Assembly (NCBI GenBank): GCA_034530875.2 | Contig: JAVRCJ020000005.1 | Coordinates: 128,001 to 192,000 of the forward strand | DNA: 64,000 bases | DNA from: Nostoc sp. DedSLP01 | GTDB lineage: Bacteria; Cyanobacteriota; Cyanobacteriia; Cyanobacteriales; Nostocaceae | Direction: 5' to 3' | Shown here: piece by piece, positions 30,808 to 42,000 of the stretch | Layout of the letters: every line of letters begins with the position of its first letter | Position numbering within the stretch: the stretch's first letter is position 1 | Position numbers and translations under genes: made by a program | The notes under the pieces: model-generated | What the model was told of the DNA's origin: nothing | The model's input: only the letters and a program-made list of their open reading frames with translations | Databases searched by the model: none

Positions 30808-33789
30808 TTACTTGCTAACTAATTCTAAAATGGCTGCGATTAATTCCTCTGGTTCTACAGGTTTAGCAATATGTTTGCCAAATCCGGCAGCTATGGCAAG
30901 TTTTTGATTAATTTCTCCAGCATAAGCAGTCAAAGCGATCGCTTTGATATTTCCTCCCCGTTCTGGAGGCAGATTTCTTATCTGCTGCATCAACATATAG
31001 CCATCCATATCAGGCATTCCCACATCGCTGAGTAAAATGTCTGGTGTCGATTGTATTAATAGTTTTAGCGCTTCAGATGCCGATGCGGCTAAAATTACCT
31101 TTGCACCAGCTTGCTCTAACAGAAACCTGATATAGTCGCGGGTATCTGCATCATCATCTACCATGAGAATTTGCATATCCGCCAGGGATAAAGCCGCAGA
31201 CACATCTGATGCAGCATCAAAATTGAGTTCGTTGTCTGCTAAGGCTCTTTTGAGTAGCGGTATGCTGACTGTGAAAGTGGCTCCCTGTCCTTCGCCTAAA
31301 CTATGTGCCGTCACCATACCACCGTGTAATTCTGTGAGATGGCGGACAATTGCCAACCCTAACCCCAATCCACCGAATTTTCTCGTTGTGGCGGCATCTG
31401 CCTGACGAAAATAGTCAAATACGAATGGTAAAAAGTCCGGATTGATACCTCTACCTGTATCGGTGATGATAATTTGAGCTTGAGTACCAACACGCTGCAA
31501 ACGCACTTCTACAGACCCTCCGACATCTGTAAACTTCACTGCATTCGATAACAAATTCCAGAATATTTGCTGTAAACGTGCCGTATCTCCTGATACTTGA
31601 AATTGATAATTTTGAGATTTTGCAGCCAGTCCCAGCGATTGAGAAGTTTCGCCGATGGAGTTGAGATTACTTAATTGTTCGGTATAAAGATTTGCCGATA
31701 CTAAATCTGATATTGAAAATTGCAAATTGATAGACTTGGCTTGGGCAGCCAGGCGCACCGTCTCGATTGCGGCGGCGATGGTAGTTTCTAAATTAACTGG
31801 GGCAATGTTGAGACTGAGCTTTCCTTGGAGAATACGGGATACATCGAGTAAATCTCCAATTAACTGAGTTTGCAATTGGGCATTGCGTTCGATGGTTTCT
31901 AGGGCGTAAGCTGTTTTTTGGGCATCCAATTTGGAATTGCGGAGCAGTTTTGCCCAGCCGAGAATGGGGTTGAGGGGCGTCCGCAATTCATGGGATAAGA
32001 CCGCCAAAAATTCATCTTTGATGCGGTTTGCGGCTTCTGCTTGTTCGCGTGCCGCTTGTTCTCGTAACAGCAATTGTTCTCGTTCGGCTTCTGCTTTTCT
32101 GCGTTCGCTAATGTCAGTATGAGTTCCCAACATCCGCAGGGGTTGCCCGTTATTATCCCACGAGACAATCTTGCCCACCGAGAGAATCCATTTCCAATCT
32201 CCAGCTTTCGTGCGCTGCCTAAACTCGACTCGGTACTCCTCAAGTTTCCCCGCAGCGTAATCTTCAAACACCTGAGAAACTAGTGCTACATCATCGGGAT
32301 GCAGGCGATCGCGCCACTTGGCATTAGTTTCCTGAAATTCATCCGCTTCGTAACCCAGCATCCACATATACTCTGGAGTCACAATTGCATCACCAGTTTG
32401 CATATTCAGGTCATAAAGTCCCTGATTTGCTGCTGCTAAAGCTAAACGCAGACGTTCTTCGCTATCTCGCAGGGCTGCCTGTGCTTGCTGGCGTTGAGTA
32501 ATGTCCTGAAGAATCAGTAAAATTCCGTTGACTCTGCCGCAGTCGTCATAAACGGGAGCCGCTGAAATATTGAGAAATACATTTGAACCATCGCGCCTGC
32601 AACGATAGGTTTCTACACTAGAGAAAACTTCTCCTCTAATCACAGCCTCTCGTATTTGTTGGCATTCTTCGAGCTTTTCTTCTGGAACAATGGACAATTG
32701 TTGACCTAAAATTTCTGCCTCACTCCAGCCAAATAATTCTTCTGCGGCTGCATTCCATAATTTCACCTTCAGATTTAATTCAATAACAACAATTGCCAGT
32801 GGCGAAGCTTGAATCAGGGTACTCAAGGTTTGTAGGGTTTGTTGGAGTTCTTGTTGGACTTCTTTATATTCGGTAACGTCCATATTCACGCCAATCAAAC
32901 GATTTGGCTGACTTCCGCCATCAAAAATTTTGGCCTTGGCAGCCAACCAGCGAATTTTGCCATTAGGAAGGATGATTCGCCATTCAGTGTCGAAGTCAAC
33001 TCCTTCGTTAACAGTTCTTTGGGCCGCCAGATCTGCCGCAGGGCGATCGTCTGGGTGCAAACGTTTTAACCAATGCTCGTAGCTGCCCTCAAAACTTCCT
33101 GGTGTCAGCCCAAATAAGGCTTCCATTTCTTCTGTCCAAATCAATTCTCCGGTTTGGATATTCCATTCACAAGTGCCGATTTTGCCGACTTGTTGTGCCA
33201 AAACTAAGCGTTCGCGACTCACCCGCAGAGCAATTTCCACCCGCTGTCGCTCATCAATTTCCTGCTGTAATTGCTGGTTAACTTGCATCAGTTCGGCAGT
33301 TCTGGACTCGACGCGCTGCTCTAGTTCTTCTTGCAGGCGTCGGAGTTGGTTTTCAACTTGCAAGCGTTCTTCAATTTGGGCGTGTAATGCTTTGTTTGCT
33401 TCCCTTAATTCCAACGGACTAGGCAAGGCTAGCGCTTGAGGAACAAGCGGTATGAGTTCGATCGCTGTAAATAAGGAAACGATCGCAGTTGCGGCTTTAA
33501 TCACCCCAGATAGCCAATAGGTAGGATGCCACAGCGTCCAGATTTCAGCAATGTGGGTCGTACCGCAGAAGATAATAAAAGCGCCAAATAATAAAAATAT
33601 CCAAGAGAAAGGTAAATCTTGCCGCCGACGAACAAAATAAAACAAAGTCAAAGGAATCGAATAATAAGCCAGCGCAATGATGGCATCAGAAATTATATGC
33701 AGCCAAACTAACCCTGGGTTCCAGAGGTAGCAGTGACCATGAGGAATAAATGAGCCTGCGCTAAATAAATTAACTACAAAGTCTTGCAT
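30808..33789 (-). CDS. Hybrid histidine kinase HK2 with ETR1-like ethylene-binding N-terminus, 3 PAS, HisKA-HATPase-REC
   Basis: SDAIIALAYYSIP...FGAFIIFCGTTH...KAATAIVS TM domain plus kinase and REC motifs. ATG 33789 preferred over the ORF-track start, which lies inside a repeat. Confidence 0.92.
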   Translation of the reverse strand: MQDFVVNLFSAGSFIPHGHCYLWNPGLVWLHIISDAIIALAYYSIPLTLFYFVRRRQDLPFSWIFLLFGAFIIFCGTTHIAEIWTLWHPTYWLSGVIKAATAIVSLFTAIELIPLVPQALALPSPLELREANKALHAQIEERLQVENQLRRLQEELEQRVESRTAELMQVNQQLQQEIDERQRVEIALRVSRERLVLAQQVGKIGTCEWNIQTGELIWTEEMEALFGLTPGSFEGSYEHWLKRLHPDDRPAADLAAQRTVNEGVDFDTEWRIILPNGKIRWLAAKAKIFDGGSQPNRLIGVNMDVTEYKEVQQELQQTLQTLSTLIQASPLAIVVIELNLKVKLWNAAAEELFGWSEAEILGQQLSIVPEEKLEECQQIREAVIRGEVFSSVETYRCRRDGSNVFLNISAAPVYDDCGRVNGILLILQDITQRQQAQAALRDSEERLRLALAAANQGLYDLNMQTGDAIVTPEYMWMLGYEADEFQETNAKWRDRLHPDDVALVSQVFEDYAAGKLEEYRVEFRQRTKAGDWKWILSVGKIVSWDNNGQPLRMLGTHTDISERRKAEAEREQLLLREQAAREQAEAANRIKDEFLAVLSHELRTPLNPILGWAKLLRNSKLDAQKTAYALETIERNAQLQTQLIGDLLDVSRILQGKLSLNIAPVNLETTIAAAIETVRLAAQAKSINLQFSISDLVSANLYTEQLSNLNSIGETSQSLGLAAKSQNYQFQVSGDTARLQQIFWNLLSNAVKFTDVGGSVEVRLQRVGTQAQIIITDTGRGINPDFLPFVFDYFRQADAATTRKFGGLGLGLAIVRHLTELHGGMVTAHSLGEGQGATFTVSIPLLKRALADNELNFDAASDVSAALSLADMQILMVDDDADTRDYIRFLLEQAGAKVILAASASEALKLLIQSTPDILLSDVGMPDMDGYMLMQQIRNLPPERGGNIKAIALTAYAGEINQKLAIAAGFGKHIAKPVEPEELIAAILELVSK

Positions 33790-34435
33790 ACCACTGAAAA
33801 CTAGGCTGATAGAAAAAATTAAAGAATAACAGTCCGAGTTATACCAATTCAAAATTCAAAATTTAAAATTCAAAATTAATAAAACTAGATATTATACCAA
33901 GTTGACAAAGACAGTATGTTTGGCAAGCAGACTAATACCATTTCACTTTAATGATACGCATAGGCAAGCAGAGGAGCAGAGGAAGTAATTATTATCAATA
34001 ATTTCGTGAATTGCTATAAAGTCTTGGAAACAAACTTTATAAATATTTTCACAGTGTATATTAATTACGAATTACGAATTAGTATCGCAACGGTTTGACT
34101 ATATGTATCGGAAGCATTCTTTTTTCAAATTGGTATTAGATATTAAATATACTGTTGGTAGAAATTATCAATGAAGTCAGGAGGCAGCCCCGATGAAACA
34201 AGTTTCACAAGCCTTAAATGAAAGTGTCTTTCTCCCCCTGCTCTTTTTCTAGCTAGTAGGCAGTCCCGATGAAACAAGTTTCACCGCCATGCATGAAAAA
34301 GGAATATCCCCTACACCCCACACCCCGCACCCTACACCCTTTTTGAAGGCAGGAAGAAAACTAACCCCTAACTCCTGCTGATACTGTCAGAACAAGGTGA
34401 AACACCTCACCAAATTAAAATTTGGTGGCTCTTAT

Positions 34436-37400
34436 TCAGGAGGGGTCTGAATCCCCTTCTGAATAAAAACCTCCTGCCTTCTGCCTTCTGCCTCTTGCCT
34501 CCTTCAACAGTTCTGAAATGGCATTGATTAATACTTCCGGTTCGACAGGTTTGGCAATATGTTTGTGAAAGCCGACTTTGAGGGCTTGCTGTTGGTCATA
34601 TTCTCCAGCATAGGCCGAAAGAGCGATCGCTGGGATCTTTGCGCCTTGTTGTGGCGATCGGCTGCGAATTTGCTGCATCAGGGTATAGCCATCCATATCT
34701 GGCATTCCCAGGTCGCTAATCAAAATATGTGGCGCTTGGCGCTCAAACAGCATCAACGCCTCAGCAGCAGAAGCCGCAATGGTAACTTGCGCTCCCTGTT
34801 GTTCGAGAATGAACCGGACTAAATCGCGCATATCTGCTTCGTCATCCACGACTAAAATTTGTAGCTGACTGAAGTCAATCAATTGAGTAGTCGCAGAAAT
34901 TTCTGGCTCTGGGGCTGTGGCAACAACCATCAAAGGTAATTTCACGGTGAATGTGGCTCCTTGTCCTTCACCTTGGCTCTGTGCGTGAATTGTGCCGCCA
35001 TGCAGTTCGGTCAAATGGCGAACAATCGCTAACCCTAAGCCCAGCCCACCAAACTTGCGAGTAATTTTGCTGTCTTCTTGGCGAAAGTAGTCAAAAACGA
35101 ATGGTAAAAAGTCTGGAGTGATACCAATACCTGTATCCTTGACTTGAATTTGAGCATAGTTATTAACTTGCTCTAAGCGAATTTCTACCTTGCCGCTATT
35201 CGGTGTAAATTTAATGGCATTGGAAAGTAAATTCCAGACAATTTGTTGCAGTCTTGCTGAATCTCCCGAGATTTTTGCGTTATTCAAGGCGATCGCAGTT
35301 TCGATTTGAATCTGTTTTGCCTCTGCTGCTAACTGTACCGTCTCTAGAGCCGATTCAATAATCTGAACTGGATTGACGGGATAAATCTTCAAAGCTATTT
35401 TGCCGCGTAAAATCCGAGAGACATCAAGCAAATCGTCTATGAGTTGGGTTTGCAGCTTGGCATTGCGTTCGATTGTCTCTAGGGCGCGTTGTCTTGAGGG
35501 TGCATCTAACTTACCCGACTGGAGTAGTTTTGCCCAGCCCAAAATCGGGTTGAGAGGCGATCGCAATTCATGAGATAGTACCGCTAGAAACTCATCTTTA
35601 ATTCTGTTGGCGGCTTCTGCTTGTTCGCGGGCGGCTTGTTCCCTGGCTAGGAGTTGTTCTCGTTCGGCTTCTGCCTGTTTGCGTTGGGTGATGTCGCTAA
35701 AGGAGATTGCTACGCCATCTTCTAACTTGACTGCCATATTGCGGAACCAGCTAACGATTCCGTCTGCGTTGTAAAATAATTCAATATCGTGGGCAACTCC
35801 TGTTTCTACAACTTTTACATAGCGTTCAAATAATTCACTTTTGGTTTTATGACCGGGAAGTACTTGCAGCAACCGTTGACCGATCGAGTCTTGAACGGGA
35901 CGCTGAATAATCTCGGCTGCTTTGGGATTGAGGTAAATGCAGACAAAATCAACGATCGCTCCGGTTTCATCTCGGACACTTTCCAAAATGGTAAATGCAT
36001 CTAGGGATAACTCTTGACTGATGCGGAAGCGTTCTTTACTCCGTCGCAGCGCCTCTTGGGTGCGTCTGCGATCGCTAATGTCAATCAAGTTTGCCACCGC
36101 CCCGACAATTTGTCCGTCTTTGAGCAAAGGTGCGGCACTAGCCAGGATGTCATAGTAGCTACCATCGGCGCGTACCATGCGCGACTCCAAGGCGTTATTT
36201 ACTTCTCCCCTTAAAGCTCTCGATATTGCATAATTTTCTAAGGGAATGACGCTTCCCTCGACATCGTAGGCAGTTCCCCAGCTGGAAACATCCAGGTCAA
36301 GGGCGGTGCTATTTGGGTCTTGCTGCGCTAGTCGCCTCGCTTGGGGATTGGCAAATGTGACTTTTCCGGAAGCATCGCACACCAGAATGGCATCAGCAGC
36401 ATTGTTCAAGATGATTTCTAACAAGTGCCGTTGTTCGCTTAGTTCTGCTTCGGCTTGCTTGCGTTCGGTAATATCAAAAAACAAACCATCCCAAGCTTCT
36501 CCGTATTCGGTTTGTTCTGGGCGGGAACGTCCCTGAATCCATTTGAGTTTTCCCGATGGTGTAATAATTCGCCCTTCCCATTGCCAAACAAGCGAATTTT
36601 TCACAGCGTTGGCCACTGAATATTCAAAAGACGGCAAGTCATCAGGATGAATCAAGCTCAAGAAAGAATTGGCATCTTGCAAAATCGTTTCTGGTTCCAA
36701 TTCAGCCAGTTCGCGGGAACCAGAACTGACATAAGTAAAGGCAGGCGTACCATTGCCATCGCCAAAGGGAGCATAACGATAGACGATTCCTGGCATATTG
36801 CTAACCAGCACTTGAAACCTGGCTTCGCTTTGGCGCAGTGCTGATTCTGCTTGCTTGCGTTCGTGAATGTCGGTATCCATACCAATCCACTCGCGCACTG
36901 AACCGTCGGCATTGAATAAAGGAACCGCACGGGCAATAATATGGCGATACTCACCGCTAGGAGCGTGCCACAGCCGCCCCTCAACTTCATAAAATGCCCG
37001 TTTTGTCAAGGAATGTTCCCAGCGTGCTTTTAATTCTTCCCGATCTTGGGGATGAATCATTTCTAGCCAACCCCATCCAGCGTATTGTTCCCAACTTTGC
37101 CCGGTGTAAGCTTCCCACGCAGGCTGAGAATTAATAAAGGCACCATTGGCGTCAGTTGTCCAGACAAGTGCTGCCGTTGTTAACACCAGCAAACGATACC
37201 GTTCCTCGCTGGTTCGCAGTGCTGTTTCTACTTGCTTGCGTTCGCTGATATCCCAAGCAATACCCAGACAACCGGAATTTCCTTCGACATCGTGGGTTAA
37301 ATTCGCCCAAATCTCTAAATCCACCATCCGCCCATCTTTAGCTTGATGCTGGACTTCAAATCCGTTGAGCGATCGCCCGCTTAATACTGTTTCCAGGCTG

Positions 37401-39091
37401 GCAAGAAATTCTTTTTGTCGATGCGGCACCGTTGGCATAAATCGCCCGATGGCTTCTTGGGCACTCCAGCCAAAGATTCCCTCGGCGGCACGATTCCATA
37501 ACCTGACAATTCCTTGCGGATCGAAAAAAGCAATGGCGACGGGACACACATCAATCAGAGTTTGTAGCGTTTGATTGGTGCGCCTCAGTGTTTCCTCTGT
37601 ACGTTTGCGCTCGGTAATATCTAAAAATGCAGCTACCGAGCCTCTTACGGCTCCCTGCTTATTTAGTAGGGGTTTGGCGTAACCAAACAAATTAAATACA
37701 CTGCCATCGCCCCGGACAATATCCACTTCAGTACCTTTAATTTCTGTTTTGTGAATGGCGGCGTAGCGCAGGGGAAATTCATTCAGGGTGAGTTCCCGAT
37801 CGCCCTGGAAGAGTTTGTAGGCTGGAGGCGGTGCATTCGCTGGAGTGTAGGAAACATTGGCATCAACAGCCAGACCTAAAATTGCAGCAAACGCTGGGTT
37901 AGATTTAACGTGTTTAAATTCTGGGTCTTGGCTGAGTAGCACGCCAATGGGAATCACCTCAAACAGCGTTTGCATGTCTTGATTTAGGGAGGCGATCGCC
38001 TGTTCTCTGGCTTCGAGGGCAGCTGCCATCTCATTAAAGGCTCTCCCCAGTTGCCCTAGTTCTCCCGCTTCCCCAGCAAGTTCGCTGCGGGCGGTGAAAT
38101 CGCCGCTTTGGATTTTCTGGGTCGTCTGTACCAGAGACTTCACCTTGCGAGTCAAGAAGACATCCCCCCCGACCCAGGCAACCGTTAGCGCCAAAACAGT
38201 AACACATCCCAGCACCATCAGGTTTTGTCCCAGAAGCCGGTCGGCTTGGGTAAAAACAACCAGCTTGGGAACGCCAATTCTGATATGTACATCTCGATCG
38301 CTGGCGTTAGTGCCTAAGGTTGTAAAAGCGTAGAATCGCTGGATGCCATCCAAACTCATGGCTTCGGCGGTACCTTCTATTTGGGATAACACCACTTTGG
38401 TCATGGGAGCATTGGGAACGGATTTTCCCATCCACTTTTGCGAATCTGGGTAGCGTATCAGAATAGTTCCCTGGCGATCGGTTACTGTAACTGTCGATCC
38501 CTGTGGCAACTTCATCTCGCCTGCCAGCCGATCGAACCAAGCCAAATCCAATGCTGCCACTACAACTGCCTGGACTTGCCCCGACCGATTCAATATCGGA
38601 TAAGCAAAATTCAGCGTTGGTTTGCCCGTTATCCGACCGATTTGAAATTCCCCAATGGCAAAGTCATGAGTCTCCTTAGCCAAGCGGAAGTAAGGGCGAT
38701 CGCTGACATTTATCGGCTTTTTCGCTACGGGAGCGCTACAAATTAAGTTACCTGCCCCATCAACCACCCCGAAACCTGCGTAGAAGTGGTATTGTTTGAG
38801 CAGATTTACTAGCAGGCGATCGCACTCATCAACATTTCTTTGGCGAATATCAGGCATTTGAGCCAAAGCAATTAGCAATTGCCGTGCCGCTTCAGTGGTT
38901 TGTCGCTGATTGGCGGCTGCCACTTTCACCAAGCGCAGCAGGTTCTCCTGTGCTTCTATGGCTGCACTCTGTCGTTGAGCCGTGGCAGTGTAAAGGATCG
39001 ATCCCAATGCCGGAATCACTGCCAGGAAGAAGAGCAACATCAGGCGAGTCCGGAGGCTGCATAAGCTGGGGTGACGGAACCAGGAGTGCAT
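34436..39091 (-). CDS. Hybrid histidine kinase HK3 (TM-Cache-TM-HAMP, multiple PAS, HisKA-HATPase-REC)
   Basis: NVSDRPYF...GRITGKP Cache motif, GELGQLGRAFNEM HAMP, LSHELRSPL. Confidence 0.93.
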   Translation of the reverse strand: MHSWFRHPSLCSLRTRLMLLFFLAVIPALGSILYTATAQRQSAAIEAQENLLRLVKVAAANQRQTTEAARQLLIALAQMPDIRQRNVDECDRLLVNLLKQYHFYAGFGVVDGAGNLICSAPVAKKPINVSDRPYFRLAKETHDFAIGEFQIGRITGKPTLNFAYPILNRSGQVQAVVVAALDLAWFDRLAGEMKLPQGSTVTVTDRQGTILIRYPDSQKWMGKSVPNAPMTKVVLSQIEGTAEAMSLDGIQRFYAFTTLGTNASDRDVHIRIGVPKLVVFTQADRLLGQNLMVLGCVTVLALTVAWVGGDVFLTRKVKSLVQTTQKIQSGDFTARSELAGEAGELGQLGRAFNEMAAALEAREQAIASLNQDMQTLFEVIPIGVLLSQDPEFKHVKSNPAFAAILGLAVDANVSYTPANAPPPAYKLFQGDRELTLNEFPLRYAAIHKTEIKGTEVDIVRGDGSVFNLFGYAKPLLNKQGAVRGSVAAFLDITERKRTEETLRRTNQTLQTLIDVCPVAIAFFDPQGIVRLWNRAAEGIFGWSAQEAIGRFMPTVPHRQKEFLASLETVLSGRSLNGFEVQHQAKDGRMVDLEIWANLTHDVEGNSGCLGIAWDISERKQVETALRTSEERYRLLVLTTAALVWTTDANGAFINSQPAWEAYTGQSWEQYAGWGWLEMIHPQDREELKARWEHSLTKRAFYEVEGRLWHAPSGEYRHIIARAVPLFNADGSVREWIGMDTDIHERKQAESALRQSEARFQVLVSNMPGIVYRYAPFGDGNGTPAFTYVSSGSRELAELEPETILQDANSFLSLIHPDDLPSFEYSVANAVKNSLVWQWEGRIITPSGKLKWIQGRSRPEQTEYGEAWDGLFFDITERKQAEAELSEQRHLLEIILNNAADAILVCDASGKVTFANPQARRLAQQDPNSTALDLDVSSWGTAYDVEGSVIPLENYAISRALRGEVNNALESRMVRADGSYYDILASAAPLLKDGQIVGAVANLIDISDRRRTQEALRRSKERFRISQELSLDAFTILESVRDETGAIVDFVCIYLNPKAAEIIQRPVQDSIGQRLLQVLPGHKTKSELFERYVKVVETGVAHDIELFYNADGIVSWFRNMAVKLEDGVAISFSDITQRKQAEAEREQLLAREQAAREQAEAANRIKDEFLAVLSHELRSPLNPILGWAKLLQSGKLDAPSRQRALETIERNAKLQTQLIDDLLDVSRILRGKIALKIYPVNPVQIIESALETVQLAAEAKQIQIETAIALNNAKISGDSARLQQIVWNLLSNAIKFTPNSGKVEIRLEQVNNYAQIQVKDTGIGITPDFLPFVFDYFRQEDSKITRKFGGLGLGLAIVRHLTELHGGTIHAQSQGEGQGATFTVKLPLMVVATAPEPEISATTQLIDFSQLQILVVDDEADMRDLVRFILEQQGAQVTIAASAAEALMLFERQAPHILISDLGMPDMDGYTLMQQIRSRSPQQGAKIPAIALSAYAGEYDQQQALKVGFHKHIAKPVEPEVLINAISELLKEARGRRQKAGGFYSEGDSDPS

Positions 39092-42000
39092 TACGGTTTC
39101 GTTTGACCTCCAACTTGTTGAACTAAGTCTGTTATCGCTTTGACTAAAACTTCTGGCTCTACGGGTTTGGGTACGTGCCGTTGGAAGCCTGCCAACATCG
39201 CTTGTTGGTAGTCGATTTCTCCGGCATAAGCAGTCAGGGCAATGGCTTTGATTTGTCCCCCTTGTGCTGGCGCTAAGGCTCTGACTTGCCGCATTAGCAT
39301 ATAACCGTCCATCTGGGGCATCCCAATATCGCTGACTAGCACATCTGACTGGGACTGAGTTAAAGTGGCGATCGCTTCTACGGCTGAGGCTACGGCAGTT
39401 ACCTCTGCTTGGTAGTGTTTCAGCATGAAGGCGAGGAACTCTCGCGTATCGGTATCATCATCGACTACCAAAACTTTAATGCCCTGCAAGCTCAAAGATG
39501 GCTGAGATTGTCGATTGTCTGAGTTTATTGGGGACGGATTGAGCAAACTCGGCAGTCTGACGATAAAAGTTGCCCCTTGCCCAACGCCACGACTTTGTGC
39601 TTGGACTGTGCCGCCATGCAGTTCTACTAAGTGACGGACAATGGCCAATCCTAACCCCAGTCCGCCAAATTTGCGAGTTGTCGCGCCATCTTCTTGGCGG
39701 AAGTAGTCAAAGACGAATGGCAGAAAGTCTGGGTCAATTCCCCTACCTGTATCGCTGATGCTAATCTGGGCAAAACCACCAACTCGTTCTAAGCGAATGT
39801 CTACTCGTCCCCCGACATCGGTGAACTTAACGGCATTGGAAAGGAGATTCCAAATTACTTGTTGTAGTCGGTTAGGATCGCCGGATACCTGAAACTTGGG
39901 ATTTGGCGAATTACCGTAGGTAAAGGTTAGCGAATCCGACGCACCAGAAGGGCTGTCAAGACCAGTGGTATATGGAGGAAACCCCCAAAGCTGGGCTGTC
40001 TCCTGTGCGACCGACTCTGGCTGACGAATTTTTGATTTTGGTTTTTCGGCTGGTTCTTGAGAGTCTCGATCGAGAAAGGCAGAGGGCAGAGGGCAGGAGG
40101 CAGAAGGAATACTGCCTTCTGTACTCTGCTGCGGCCAAGGGGAGCAAGGGTTTAAGACCCCCATTGAACTCTCGTTCAGTGGCTCTCCTTCAGGAGGGGT
40201 TGAATCTCCTTGAAGCTTACTCCTTCTGCCCTCTGCCGACGCTCGCGGACTCGCTAACGCTGCGCTATCCTGCCTTCTGCCTTCTTCAATTTCCAGTCCC
40301 AAATCTAAAATCGGAAATCCTAAGTTGATGGACTTAGCTCGAGCTGCTAATCTTACCGTTTCCATTGCTGCTTGAATCGTCCTGACTAAATCGACGCGGG
40401 AAACCTTGAGGCTGAGTTTACCTCGGAGAATCCGAGAGACATCGAGCAAGTCTTCAATCAGTTCCGATTGCAACTTGGCATTGCGTTCGATGACATCTAA
40501 GGCTTGAGCCGTCTTAGCTTCGTCAAGCTTGGCTGTTTTCAAAAGCTGCGACCAGCCTAAGATGGGGTTGAGGGGCGATCGCAATTCGTGTGACAGAACG
40601 GCTAAAAACTCATCTTTAATGCGGTTGGCTTGTTGCAATTGTTCGGCTTGTTGCTGGATGGAACTCAGCAATTCTGCCCGTTCTAGGGCGATGGCTATTT
40701 GGTCGCAGGTCGATTGTAATAGGTTAGTTTCTTCTAAAGTAAAACGCTCTCTGATTAAACTGCAAAATGACAGCGACCCCAACAACCGCCCGCGGACGAT
40801 TAATGGTTGACCGGCATAAGCGGTAATTTTCATGGAGTTGAGCATTTTTGCGTGCGGTTCGCGGGCAATTTGCGCTGCATCGAGAACAATTTGCCGCTGC
40901 TGTTGTGCCACCAATCCACACATGTACTGACCAAAGTCAACCCATTCGATTGAACGAGCTACATCATCAGCAAGCCCGCCATAGTTTGTCAGATGCAGCA
41001 TCAAGCGGTTGTCTTTTTCCTCAACCATGTAATTGTAGTAGCAATGCAACTCCAGCTGCTCTGAAAGTTTGCTGAATAAATTTGTCATCAACTGCATGGG
41101 GTGTGCGGCAGCGAGTAAATCGCGGGTCGTCTCATAAAGCAGATGCAAGCGTTGGTCTGCTTGCCGTTTTGCAGTTTTGTCTTGCAAAATTTTCACAAAC
41201 CCATGTATGTCACCTGCTTCATTTTGCAACGGCATCATTAAACCACTCGCCCAAAATCGCGTTCCGTCTTGACGCACATGCCAACGTTCGTTGTCGGCGC
41301 GTTCTTGAGTCAAGGCTGTTTGCATTTCCCATTCGGCGCGTCCTTGCTCGTTATCTTCTGGGGTGAAAATAATGCGAACGTTGCGGCCTAAAGCTTCTGT
41401 CTCGGTGTAGCCCAAGAGCTTTTGAGCGCCAAAATTCCAACTGGCAATTGTGCCGTTGAGGTCGAGGGTGAAAATGGCATAATCTTTGGCGCTTTCCACC
41501 ATCAGCCGGAAACGGGATTCACTCTCGGCGATCGCTATCCGCGCTAATACTTGGGCGGAAATGTCCCGGAAGTAGCAAACTACACCGTAGCGTCCCTCTG
41601 GCAGGGGAATGCGGTTGATTTGCCACTCATAATATTCGATGGCGTTGCGATCGCGCCGTTGCTTGATTTGCTCTGGGACAAAATACGGCTCCCCTGTTTC
41701 TAGGGTGTGGCGAAAACGCTGGACGACTTCATCTGCATACTCTTGCGGCCACAGAATGTGGATGACCTCAGCGAAGTCTCGACCGATTAAACCCGGAATA
41801 TCTGCAAAAGCTGGCAATGCTGTAGGATTCACCTGTCGGATGCGAAAGTCGCCATCAATCGAGTAGACGCCAAGGGGGGCTGCATTAAAGAGCGTTTGCA
41901 ACTGTGCCTGACTCGATTGCAAAGCTTCCTGTGCCTGCTGGCGCTCGGTGATATCTTGAAACAAAAGTACCATCGTATTGTTGCTATCTAATAGCGCAGC

